This document shows, piece after piece, positions 17,030 through 25,699 of a stretch of 64,000 nt of DNA; position 1 is the stretch's first letter; each line of letters begins with the position of its first letter. Made by a program: the position numbers and the translations under genes. Origin of the DNA: Vicinamibacterales bacterium (lineage in GTDB: Bacteria; Acidobacteriota; Vicinamibacteria; Vicinamibacterales; CAVVIG01); the NCBI GenBank assembly GCA_035650895.1, contig DASRGT010000022.1, forward strand, positions 5,571 through 69,570, in the 5' to 3' direction. Under the pieces are notes generated by a model, which did no database searches, was not told where the DNA came from, and saw only the letters and a list, made by a program, of their open reading frames with translations.

Positions 17030-18642
17030 CGCCGCGGCGAGAGCTGGGGCTCGTGCTGCTCGCGAGCGCCCTGCTCACGATCGCGCTGACCTATCCGCTC
17101 GCGTTCCGGCTCGGCGCCATCGGACGCGTCGACAACGCCGACGGGCAGTTCTCGATCTGGAACGTGGCGTGGGTGGCGCGCACGATCGGCGTGTCGCCGG
17201 CGCACCTGTTCGACGCGAACATCTTCTATCCGAACACCGGAACGCTCGCGTACTCGGAGAGCAACCTCGGCGCCGGCGTGGTCGCGGCGCCGGTCTACTG
17301 GCTGACGCGCAACCCGTTCGCGGCGCACAACGCCGCGGTGCTGTTCGCGTTCTTCCTCAGCGGCATCGCGATGTTCTTCCTCGCGCGGCACCTGACGCAC
17401 GATCCGCGCGCGGCCGCCGTTGCCGCGATCGGCTACGCGTTCTGTCCGTACGTCTACGCGAGGACGTCGCACATCCAGCTCCTGATGATCGGCGGGCTGC
17501 CGTTGGTCCTGCTCGCGCTGCACCGGCTCGCCGAGCGTCCGTCGGCTGGCCGCGGCGCCGCGCTGGGGCTGGCGATGGGGCTGCAGGCGCTGTTCTGCGG
17601 CTACTACGGCATTTTCGCCATCCTCATCGTCGGGTACGGCGTGCTGACGCTCGCCACCGTCCGCCGGTTGTGGACCGACCGCCGATTCTGGGCGGGGCTC
17701 GGCGCCGGCGCGCTCGTCTCGCTGGCGATCGTCGTTCCCGCGTTTCTGCCGTACGTGCGGCTGCAGGGACACGGCTTCGGGCGCACCCTCGAGGCGGCGG
17801 CGTCGTTCTCGGCGAACTGGAGCGCCTACCTCGCGAGCTCGTCGCACGCGCACGTGTGGATGCTGTCGGTGATCCCTCGGCCGAGCGAGTCGTTGTTTCC
17901 CGGATTCGTCGTGCTGGCGTGCGGCGTGGCCGGCGCGGCGATCGCGCGCCACGATCGCCGCGGCGAGCGGCTGTGGCTCTACGGCGGGCTCGGCGTCCTG
18001 TCGTGCTGGGCGTCGTTCGGACCGCGCGCGAAGTTCTACAGCGTGTTGTACGACCTGATTCCGGTCTTCACCTGGATGCGCGCGCCGGCCCGATTCGGTC
18101 TGCTGGTCACGCTCGCGCTGTGCGTGCTCGCCGCGGTCGCGGTGTCACGCTGGCTGCCGCGCACGCCGGCCGGCAACGCCCTCGCGATCGCGCTCGCCCT
18201 CGTCACTGCGGCCGAGCTGTCGACCACGTGGCCGATGCGTGAGGTCGATCAGGTGGAGCCGGTGTACCGCGTGCTCGCGCGGCTCGATCCGGGACCGGTG
18301 ATCGAAATGCCGTTCTGGTATCTCGAACCGATGTTTCCCCGGCACACCTATTACATGCTGCAGTCGACGCAGCACTGGATGCCGCTCGTCAACGGCTACA
18401 GCGACTACCTGCCGCCGGACTTCCTCGAGCACGTGATGACGCTGGCCGCGTTCCCGAGCCGCGAATCGCTGCGACTGCTCGGACCGGAACACGTGCGCTA
18501 CGCGATCATCCATCGCTACTGGTACGGCGACGATACGTGGGCGACCGTCGTGCCGCGGATGCGGGAGCTCGCGCCGTACCTGAAGCTGCTGTACGAAGGC
18601 GAAGGGACGCAGCTTTACGAGATCGTCGGGTTTCCGCCGTGA
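17026..18642 (+). CDS. Large polytopic membrane protein (GT-C/polymerase-like, unassigned)
   Basis: The ATG at 17026 overlaps the upstream stop (ATGA). 'RVDNADGQFSIWNVAWV' loop, more than 10 TM helices and a C-terminal soluble domain. Only the 3' part of track ORF 15694..18642 is real. Confidence 0.7.
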   Translation: MTPRRELGLVLLASALLTIALTYPLAFRLGAIGRVDNADGQFSIWNVAWVARTIGVSPAHLFDANIFYPNTGTLAYSESNLGAGVVAAPVYWLTRNPFAAHNAAVLFAFFLSGIAMFFLARHLTHDPRAAAVAAIGYAFCPYVYARTSHIQLLMIGGLPLVLLALHRLAERPSAGRGAALGLAMGLQALFCGYYGIFAILIVGYGVLTLATVRRLWTDRRFWAGLGAGALVSLAIVVPAFLPYVRLQGHGFGRTLEAAASFSANWSAYLASSSHAHVWMLSVIPRPSESLFPGFVVLACGVAGAAIARHDRRGERLWLYGGLGVLSCWASFGPRAKFYSVLYDLIPVFTWMRAPARFGLLVTLALCVLAAVAVSRWLPRTPAGNALAIALALVTAAELSTTWPMREVDQVEPVYRVLARLDPGPVIEMPFWYLEPMFPRHTYYMLQSTQHWMPLVNGYSDYLPPDFLEHVMTLAAFPSRESLRLLGPEHVRYAIIHRYWYGDDTWATVVPRMRELAPYLKLLYEGEGTQLYEIVGFPP

Positions 18643-19598
18643 TGGCTGCGTGACACGTACACGGCGGCGCCCGACAGCGAGAAGATCATGATGAGCGCCT
18701 GGCCGACCAGCGACATCAGGATCGCGCCCTCGACCGGCTGGCCGATCCGCGCAAAGTAGAGCGAGAACGTCGCCTCGCGGACGCCGAATCCGCTCACCGA
18801 GATGGGCAGCATCTGCACGACGAACGAGATCGGCACGATCACCGCGAGGTCGGCGAACCGGATCGTCGCGCCCAGCGCGATGATCACACCGTAGTAGAAC
18901 ACCACCATCGTGGCCTGCACGAAGATCGCGGCGCCGAAGCACTGCGCGAGGCGGACCGGATGGCGCCGGAACCGCGACAGGATCTGCGTCAGGTTGTCGA
19001 TCCGGCCGCCGACCCACTCCGGATGGATGACCGACAGCGGCCGCAGCAGGCGGCCGAAGCCGTCGGGCACGAGGACGGCGGGCGCCGACGCCGCCGCGCC
19101 GACGAAGAACCCGACCCACAACCACGCCGGCCAGATCGGCACCGCCGCCGGGTGCAGCGCGCCGGCCGCGGTCGCGCCGATCGCGGCGATCAGCACGAGC
19201 GCGATCACGCCCATGACGCGATCGGCCAGAATCACCGTCGTCGCGACCGTCTTCGACTTGGTGTACTTCGCCGTGTCGGCGATGCGGAAGAAGTCGCCGC
19301 CGATGTTGCTCGGCAGGAAGTTGTTGAAGAACAGCGCGACGAGATACGACCCGATCAGCGTCGTCGCCGGCACCCGCACCTCCTGCGCTTCGAGCAGGAC
19401 GTGCCATCGCCACAGGCTCGCCGCGACGTTGATGCAATAGAGCGCGAGCGCCGCGGCGAGCCACGCCGGCGACGCGTGCTTCGCGCTGTTCCAGAGGCGC
19501 GCCGCATCGATCCGCGAGAACAGGAATGCGAGCAGAACGATGCTGACCGAGATTTTCAGCGCCAGGATGACGGACCGGCGGCCGGTAGAGGTGCTCAA
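18615..19598 (-). CDS. UPF0104 / LPG-synthase-TM 'flippase-like' membrane protein
   Basis: About 8 TM helices. 'FFNNFLPSNIGGDFFR' motif typical of the family. TTG start as given by the track, so the start is uncertain. Confidence 0.7.
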   Translation of the reverse strand: MSTSTGRRSVILALKISVSIVLLAFLFSRIDAARLWNSAKHASPAWLAAALALYCINVAASLWRWHVLLEAQEVRVPATTLIGSYLVALFFNNFLPSNIGGDFFRIADTAKYTKSKTVATTVILADRVMGVIALVLIAAIGATAAGALHPAAVPIWPAWLWVGFFVGAAASAPAVLVPDGFGRLLRPLSVIHPEWVGGRIDNLTQILSRFRRHPVRLAQCFGAAIFVQATMVVFYYGVIIALGATIRFADLAVIVPISFVVQMLPISVSGFGVREATFSLYFARIGQPVEGAILMSLVGQALIMIFSLSGAAVYVSRSHHGGNPTIS

Positions 19599-19646
19599 GG
19601 AAACGGGTTAGGGTACTACGAATTATGCGAAAATCACAGGAACCCT

Positions 19647-20858
19647 TTGCGCATCCTGATGATTGCGCCCGAGCCGTTCTTCGAACCGCGCGGGACGCCG
19701 TTCAGCGAATACCACCGCATCCGCGCGCTGACCGCGCTCGGCCATGACGTCGACCTCGTGACCTATCCGTTCGGCCAGCCGGTGTCGATGCCGGGGCTGC
19801 GGATCTTCCGGTGCGCGAGGCCGCCGTTCATCTCGCGCGTGAAGATCGGACCGTCGGCCGCCAAGCTTCCGCTCGACGCGATGCTGACGCTCACCGCCGT
19901 GCGCCGCGCAGCCGCCGAGCGATACGACGCGATCCATTCGCACGAGGAAGGCGGCGTCATCGGCGCGGCGCTGTCGGCGATCCTGCGCGTGCCGCACCTC
20001 TACGACATGCACTCGAGCCTGCCGCAGCAGCTGACGAACTTCGCGTTCAGCGGATCGCGGATCCTCCGCGCCGTGTTCGTCGCGCTCGAGCGGTTCATGA
20101 TCCGCCGATCCCGCGCGGTGATCGTCATCTGTCCCTCGCTCGAAGAAACGGTCCGCGCGATCGCGCCGGACGCGCGAACGGTGCTGATCGAGAACGCGCC
20201 GGGCTCGGTCGAGGAACAGGCCACCTCGGAGCAGGCAGCGGCGGTCCGCGCCTCGCTCGGCCTCGCCGCATCGACGCCGATCGTGCTCTACACCGGTACG
20301 TTCGAGGCGTACCAGGGGCTCGATCTTCTGTTCGATGCCTGGGCCGTCGCGCGCCGCCGCGTGCCGTCCGACGCGCGGCTCGTCCTCGCCGGCGGCAAAC
20401 CGGATCAGATTGCGGCAGCGCGGGAGCTGGCCCGCCGCGCCGGCGTCGACGCGTCGACCGTGTTCGCGGGCGAGCGGCCGGCATCCGAGATCCCCGCCTA
20501 TCTGCTCGCGGCGGACGCGCTCGTCTCGCCGCGGTCGCGCGGCACCAACACGCCGCTCAAGATCTATCAATATCTGCGGTCGGGGAAGCCGATCGTCGCG
20601 ACGCGCCTGCTGACGCACACGCAGGTCCTCGACGACGACACCGCGATGCTGACCGACGCGACTGCCGAGGCGTTCGGCGCCGGCATCGCCGCCGCGCTCA
20701 CGGACCGCGCGCGCGCCGCCGCGATCGGCCGCCAGGCGCAGCGCCTGGCCGAGACGAAATACAGCTACGAGGCGTACCTGGAGAAGACGCGGCAGGCGTG
20801 CGCGGCGCTCTTCGAGGCGCGCCGTCCGCACGCCCAGCCGGCGAAGGACGTCGCGTGA
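19647..20858 (+). CDS. Glycosyltransferase family 4
   Basis: An in-frame TTG at 19647 gives the classic N-terminus 'MRILMIAPEPFFEPRGTP'. The ATG at 19659 is an alternative start. C-terminal 'SPRSRGTNTPLKIYQYLRSGKPIV' GT-B motif. Confidence 0.8.
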   Translation: MRILMIAPEPFFEPRGTPFSEYHRIRALTALGHDVDLVTYPFGQPVSMPGLRIFRCARPPFISRVKIGPSAAKLPLDAMLTLTAVRRAAAERYDAIHSHEEGGVIGAALSAILRVPHLYDMHSSLPQQLTNFAFSGSRILRAVFVALERFMIRRSRAVIVICPSLEETVRAIAPDARTVLIENAPGSVEEQATSEQAAAVRASLGLAASTPIVLYTGTFEAYQGLDLLFDAWAVARRRVPSDARLVLAGGKPDQIAAARELARRAGVDASTVFAGERPASEIPAYLLAADALVSPRSRGTNTPLKIYQYLRSGKPIVATRLLTHTQVLDDDTAMLTDATAEAFGAGIAAALTDRARAAAIGRQAQRLAETKYSYEAYLEKTRQACAALFEARRPHAQPAKDVA

Positions 20859-21625
20859 CGCAGTCCGCCAGCGAGCCGCGGAGCGGGGATCACTACAGCT
20901 ACGCCCACTACGCGAACGAGCGCACCGCCCGGACGTTCGACGATCTGCGGTTCGGCGGGCCGATCGGCAGCCTCGTCGCGAGCTCGCAGGCCAAGACGCT
21001 CTCGGATTTCGTCGGCCGGATTCAGCACCGCCGCATCCTCGACGTGGGCACGGGCACCGGCCGCGCGGCGCTGCTGTTCGCGCGCGGCGGCGCGCGGGTG
21101 ACGGCGGTCGACGCGTCGCCGCAGATGCTGGAGGTCGCGCGCGCCCGCGCCGACGAGCAGGGCATCCGCAGCATCACCTTCGGCGTCGGCGATGCGCACG
21201 CGCTCGAGTTCGCCAGCCGCAGCTTCGACGTCGTCTGCTGCCTGCGCGTGCTGATGCACACGCCGCGCTGGCGCGCCGTCGTCGCCGAGCTGTGCCGCGT
21301 CGCCGATCAGCTCGTCATCGTGGACTACCCATCGGCGACGAGCGTGGCGCTCGTCGAATCGGTCGCGCGCCGCGCGGCGCACGCCGTCGGCGTCCGCACC
21401 GAGGCGTACCGCGTCTTCACGCATCGCACCATCGCCGACGCGCTCGCGCGCAACGGGTTCCGCGTCCGCTCGGTCCACCGGCAGTTCGTCCTGCCGATCG
21501 CGCTGCACAAGGCGATCGGTTCGCGCAGCTTCACGCAACGGAGCGAGACCGTCCTCGACCGCCTCGGCCTGCTGAAACCGTTCGGCTCGCCCGTGTCGCT
21601 CGTGGCCGAGCGATGCGCGTCCTAG
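20855..21625 (+). CDS. Class I SAM-dependent methyltransferase
   Basis: The GTG at 20855 overlaps the upstream stop (GTGA). 'ILDVGTGTGRAAL' motif I and 'FDVVCCLRVLMH'. Confidence 0.8.
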   Translation: MTQSASEPRSGDHYSYAHYANERTARTFDDLRFGGPIGSLVASSQAKTLSDFVGRIQHRRILDVGTGTGRAALLFARGGARVTAVDASPQMLEVARARADEQGIRSITFGVGDAHALEFASRSFDVVCCLRVLMHTPRWRAVVAELCRVADQLVIVDYPSATSVALVESVARRAAHAVGVRTEAYRVFTHRTIADALARNGFRVRSVHRQFVLPIALHKAIGSRSFTQRSETVLDRLGLLKPFGSPVSLVAERCAS

Positions 21626-22593
21626 TCACCGGCGCGACCGGCTTCACGGGCGGCCACCTGGCGCGAACGCTCGTGCGGCACGGACACGCGGTCGGTGCGC
21701 TCGTGCGCGACCCGTCCCGCGCCGGCGATCTCGCGGCCGCGGGCGTGACGCTCGTGCCCGGCGATCTGCGCGATGCGGCGTCGCTGGCCGTGGCCACGCG
21801 CGACGTGGACGTCGTCTACAACGTCGCCGCGCTGTACCGTCAGGCGGGGCTCGCCGACGAGGTGTATCGGGACGTGAACGCGCGCGGCGTCGCACGCGTG
21901 GTCGCCGCCGCCGCGGCCGCGCATGTCCGCCGCGTCGTGCACTGCAGCACGGTCGGCGTGCACGGCGACATCGAGCAGCCGCCCGCGAACGAGGACGCGC
22001 CGCTCCGGCCGGGCGACATCTACCAGGCGACGAAGCTCGAAGGCGAACGCCTCGCGCGGCAAGCGGCCGCACGCTTTGGCATCGAGGTCGTCGTCGCGCG
22101 GCCGTCGGGCATCTACGGCCCCGGCGATCGGCGCCTGTTGAAGCTCTTTCGCGGCGTCGCGCGCCGGCGGTGGATCACCCTCGGCAGCGGAGAGATCTAT
22201 TACCATCTGACGCATATCGACGATCTCGTCGAAGGGTTCCGTCTGTGCGGCGAGCATCCCGCCGCCGCGGGGCGCACCTACATCCTGGCCGGCGGGGAAG
22301 TCACGACATTGAACGAGCTGGTCCGAATCGTCGCGGAGGTCGCCGGCGTGCCGCCGCCGCGGCTGCATCTGCCCGTGTGGCCCGTCTGGACGGCGGGGGC
22401 GGCGTGCGAAGCGCTCTGCGCGCCGCTCGGCGTCGCGCCGCCCCTCTATCGGCGGCGCGTCGACTTCTTCACGAAGAGCCGCGCGTTCGACATCGCGCGG
22501 GCGCGCGCCGACATCGGCTTCGCGCCGCAGGTGACGCTTCGGGACGGCATCCGGCGCACGCTCGACTGGTACCGCGAACATGCCTGGCTCTGA
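21613..22593 (+). CDS. NAD-dependent epimerase/dehydratase (extended SDR)
   Basis: 'MRVLVTGATGFTGGHL' Rossmann motif and the 'YQATKLEGE' YxxxK motif. 13-nt overlap with the upstream gene. Confidence 0.85.
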   Translation: MRVLVTGATGFTGGHLARTLVRHGHAVGALVRDPSRAGDLAAAGVTLVPGDLRDAASLAVATRDVDVVYNVAALYRQAGLADEVYRDVNARGVARVVAAAAAAHVRRVVHCSTVGVHGDIEQPPANEDAPLRPGDIYQATKLEGERLARQAAARFGIEVVVARPSGIYGPGDRRLLKLFRGVARRRWITLGSGEIYYHLTHIDDLVEGFRLCGEHPAAAGRTYILAGGEVTTLNELVRIVAEVAGVPPPRLHLPVWPVWTAGAACEALCAPLGVAPPLYRRRVDFFTKSRAFDIARARADIGFAPQVTLRDGIRRTLDWYREHAWL

Positions 22594-23326
22594 GGTGACC
22601 ATCCCGCGCGCGCAGGATCAGCTCTTCGCGGCCGGATCGAGCGGCCGCGAGAAATATTCGGCGCTCGTGGTCGGACGGCCCGGGTGGGGCGCGCTGATCA
22701 GGCACGAGCTGATCGTGTCGATCGCGCAGGCGCGCGCCGGCGCGCTCGGCCTCGCGCTGCGCAAGGCGCTCTATCCGCGGCTGCTCGGATCGTGCGGACG
22801 CAACGTCGTGTTCGGGCAGAACGTCGTGCTGCGGCATCCGCACAAGATCCACATCGGGAGCAACGTCGTCGTCGACGACAACTGCCTGCTCGATGCGAAA
22901 GGCGATTCGAACCAGGGCATCCGGATCGGCGACGGCGTCTTCGTCGGGCGCAACACCATCCTGTCGTGCAAGAACGGAGACATCGAGCTCGGCGACGGCG
23001 CGAACCTCGGCTTCAACTGCGAGGTGTTCTCGGCGAGCCGCGTGACGATCGGGCCGGGCGTCCTCATGGCGGCCTATGCGTACGTGATCGGCGGCGATCA
23101 CGACTTCTCCGATCCGTCGGCGGCGGTGCTCGACCGGCCGCGCGTGTCCGCCGGCGTGACCATCGGCGGCGGCGCCTGGATCGGCGCCGGCGCCAAGATC
23201 CTCGACGGCGTCGCTGTCGGCGAGCGCGCCGTGATCGGCGCAGCGGCCGTGGTTCGCGAGTCGGTGCCGCCCGCGGCGGTCGCGGTCGGCATTCCCGCGC
23301 GGGTCGTCTCCTCGCGAACGCCTTGA
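22580..23326 (+). CDS. Hexapeptide-repeat (left-handed beta-helix) acyl/acetyltransferase
   Basis: Repeated [LIV]-G-x4 hexapeptides: 'IHIGSNVVVDDNCLL..IRIGDGVFVGRNTIL..IELGDGANLGFNCEV..VTIGGGAWIGAGAKIL'. Confidence 0.8.
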   Translation: MPGSEVTIPRAQDQLFAAGSSGREKYSALVVGRPGWGALIRHELIVSIAQARAGALGLALRKALYPRLLGSCGRNVVFGQNVVLRHPHKIHIGSNVVVDDNCLLDAKGDSNQGIRIGDGVFVGRNTILSCKNGDIELGDGANLGFNCEVFSASRVTIGPGVLMAAYAYVIGGDHDFSDPSAAVLDRPRVSAGVTIGGGAWIGAGAKILDGVAVGERAVIGAAAVVRESVPPAAVAVGIPARVVSSRTP

Positions 23327-24342
23327 CCGTCGCCGTCGTCACCTCCAGCCCGCCGGGCGTCGAGGGCGGCCACCTCGTCATCGCGCGCGCGCTCGCGGCG
23401 GCGCTGCGCGAGCGCGGCCACGACGCGGAGATCGTGACGACGCCGGACTACGGCTTCGGACGGTTGACGCGGAGCTATCGCGCGGCGCGAGCCACCGACG
23501 TGTCGCGATTCGATCGGGTGATCAGCCTCCGCTATCCGAGCTTCGCCGTCCGGCACCCGCGCCACGTGTGCTGGCTCAACCACACGATGCGCGAGTACTA
23601 CGACCTGTGGCCGCGCTTCGCCGCGTCGATCTCGTGGCGGAACCGGATCAAGGAGGGGGTGCGGCGCGCAATCCTCCGTCACGTCGATCGCCAACTGCTG
23701 CGCCGCAACGTCACGCGCGTCGTCGCGCAATCTCAAACGATTCAGCGGCGGCTCGCCGCCGACTTCGGCATCGCCGCCGAGGTGGTGTATCCGCCGCCGC
23801 CGCTGCGCGGCTATCGATGCGACGCGTACGACGACTACGTCTTCAGCGTGTCGCGGCTCGATCCGCTGAAGCGCGTCGATCTGCTGATCCGCGCGCTCGC
23901 CGAGCTGCCGGCGCGGCACGTGCGCGCCGTAATCGCCGGCGACGGCGAGGGAGCGGGCTCGCTGCGCGATCTCGCGCGCCGCCTCGGAGTGGCCGACCGC
24001 GTGTCGTTCCTCGGCCGCGTCGACGAAGAGACGGTCCTCGCGCACCTGGCGCGGTGCCGGACGGTGTCCTTCACGCCGTTCGCCGAAGATTACGGCTTCG
24101 TGACGATCGAGGCGTTTGCGTCGGCGAAGGCGGTGATCACGTGCCGCGACAGCGGCGGGGCCGCGGAGCTGGTCGAAGACGACGTCAGCGGCGTGATCTG
24201 CGAGCCGACGCCGGCGGCGATCGCGATCGCGCTGGCGCGTCTCGCCGACGACCGCGCGCTCGCCGAGCGCATGGGCTCGGCGGCGGCGCGGCGCGCCGCG
24301 GCGACGACGTGGGACGCCGCCGTCGCACGCCTGCTGCTATGA
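23323..24342 (+). CDS. Glycosyltransferase family 4
   Basis: The TTG at 23323 overlaps the upstream stop (TTGA). 'VSRLDPLKRVDLLI', 'GDGEG..L' and the 'FTPFAEDYGFVTIEAFASAKAVI' EX7E-type motif. Confidence 0.75.
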   Translation: MTVAVVTSSPPGVEGGHLVIARALAAALRERGHDAEIVTTPDYGFGRLTRSYRAARATDVSRFDRVISLRYPSFAVRHPRHVCWLNHTMREYYDLWPRFAASISWRNRIKEGVRRAILRHVDRQLLRRNVTRVVAQSQTIQRRLAADFGIAAEVVYPPPPLRGYRCDAYDDYVFSVSRLDPLKRVDLLIRALAELPARHVRAVIAGDGEGAGSLRDLARRLGVADRVSFLGRVDEETVLAHLARCRTVSFTPFAEDYGFVTIEAFASAKAVITCRDSGGAAELVEDDVSGVICEPTPAAIAIALARLADDRALAERMGSAAARRAAATTWDAAVARLLL

Positions 24343-25220
24343 TTCCGGGAATGGCGGCGATTCGCTACGAGGCGCCCGCGACGGTTGCGGACGCCGTGAA
24401 CCTGATCCAGGCCGACCCCGCCGCCCGCATCCTGGCCGGCGGCACAGATCTGCTCGTGCAGTTTCGCGCCGGCGTGCGTCAGCCGACGGCGTTCGTCGAC
24501 GTCAAACGGATCCCCGACCTCGTCGACATCGCCATGGATGCCGGGGGGTTGCGCCTCGGCGCGGCGGCGTGCGCGGCGGCGATCGGCGAACAGGCCCACG
24601 TCAGGCGGCTCTGGCCGGGCCTCGCCGAAGCGGTTCACCTGATCGGGTCGACGCAGATTCAGGGTCGCGGGACGGTGGGCGGCAACGTGTGCAACGCGTC
24701 GCCGGCGGCCGACACCACCTGCGCGCTCATCGTGAACCGCGCGATGTGCCTCATCGCCGGGCCGAGCGGCGAGCGTCGGGTTCCCGTCGAATCGTTCGTG
24801 ACCGGCCCCGGCCGGACGGTGCTCGCCCCGGGCGAGCTGCTGGTCGCGCTGTGGATTCCGCGGCCCGCGCCGCGGACGGCCGATGCGTACCTGCGACTCA
24901 TCCCGCGGAGCGAAATGGACATTGCCGTCGCCGGCGCGGCGGTCAGCGTCACGCTGGATCCCGCGGGCACCTGCACGGCGGCGCGCGTCGCAATCGGCGC
25001 GGTCGCGCCGACGGCGCTGCTGGTGCCGGCCGCGGCCCGGGCGCTCGTCGGCACGACGCTGGACGAGTCCGCGCTGCGCGCGGCGGCCGACGCTGCGGGC
25101 GCCGCGGCCAGGCCGATCGACGACAAACGGGGCACCGCCGCGTACCGGCGGACGGTGGTCGGCGTGCTGACGCGTCGCGCGGCGAAGATCGCCGCGGCTC
25201 GCGCGGAAAACAGGCGATGA
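24339..25220 (+). CDS. Xanthine dehydrogenase/CO dehydrogenase family, FAD-binding (medium, CoxM-like) subunit
   Basis: The ATG at 24339 overlaps the GT4 stop (ATGA). 'ILAGGTDLLVQ', 'TVGGNVCNASPAAD' and 'KRGTAAYRR'. Confidence 0.85.
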   Translation: MIPGMAAIRYEAPATVADAVNLIQADPAARILAGGTDLLVQFRAGVRQPTAFVDVKRIPDLVDIAMDAGGLRLGAAACAAAIGEQAHVRRLWPGLAEAVHLIGSTQIQGRGTVGGNVCNASPAADTTCALIVNRAMCLIAGPSGERRVPVESFVTGPGRTVLAPGELLVALWIPRPAPRTADAYLRLIPRSEMDIAVAGAAVSVTLDPAGTCTAARVAIGAVAPTALLVPAAARALVGTTLDESALRAAADAAGAAARPIDDKRGTAAYRRTVVGVLTRRAAKIAAARAENRR

Positions 25221-25699
25221 AACTCCATATCAACACCACCATCAACGGCGAGCCGGCCGAGTTCCTCTGCGACGGCCACGAGACGCTCGTCTCGGCGCTT
25301 CGCAACACGCTCGGGCTGACGGGCACGAAGGAAGGCTGCTCGACCGGCGACTGCGGCGCGTGCTCGGTCCTCCTCGACGGACGCCTGGTGCCGTCCTGTC
25401 TCGTCCTCGCGCCGGAAGCGCACGGTCGATCGATCACGACCATCGAGGGCATCGCGAGCGGCGACACGCTGCACCCGCTGCAGCGCGTGTTTCTCGAGGA
25501 CGCCGCGCTGCAGTGCGGCGTCTGCACGCCAGGCTTCATCATCGCCGCGAAGGCGCTCCTCGACGCGAACCCGAACCCGACCGAAGCGCAGGCGCGCTTC
25601 TGGCTCGCCGGCAATCTGTGCCGGTGCACCGGCTACGACAAGATCATCCGCGCGGTCCTCGACACCGCGGCGACGATGAACGAGGCAGCGGCGGTATGA
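25217..25699 (+). CDS. Xanthine dehydrogenase family, [2Fe-2S] (small, CoxS-like) subunit
   Basis: ATGA overlap. 'GCSTGDCGACSV', 'QCGVCTPG' and 'CRCTGY' cluster ligand motifs. Confidence 0.9.
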   Translation: MKLHINTTINGEPAEFLCDGHETLVSALRNTLGLTGTKEGCSTGDCGACSVLLDGRLVPSCLVLAPEAHGRSITTIEGIASGDTLHPLQRVFLEDAALQCGVCTPGFIIAAKALLDANPNPTEAQARFWLAGNLCRCTGYDKIIRAVLDTAATMNEAAAV

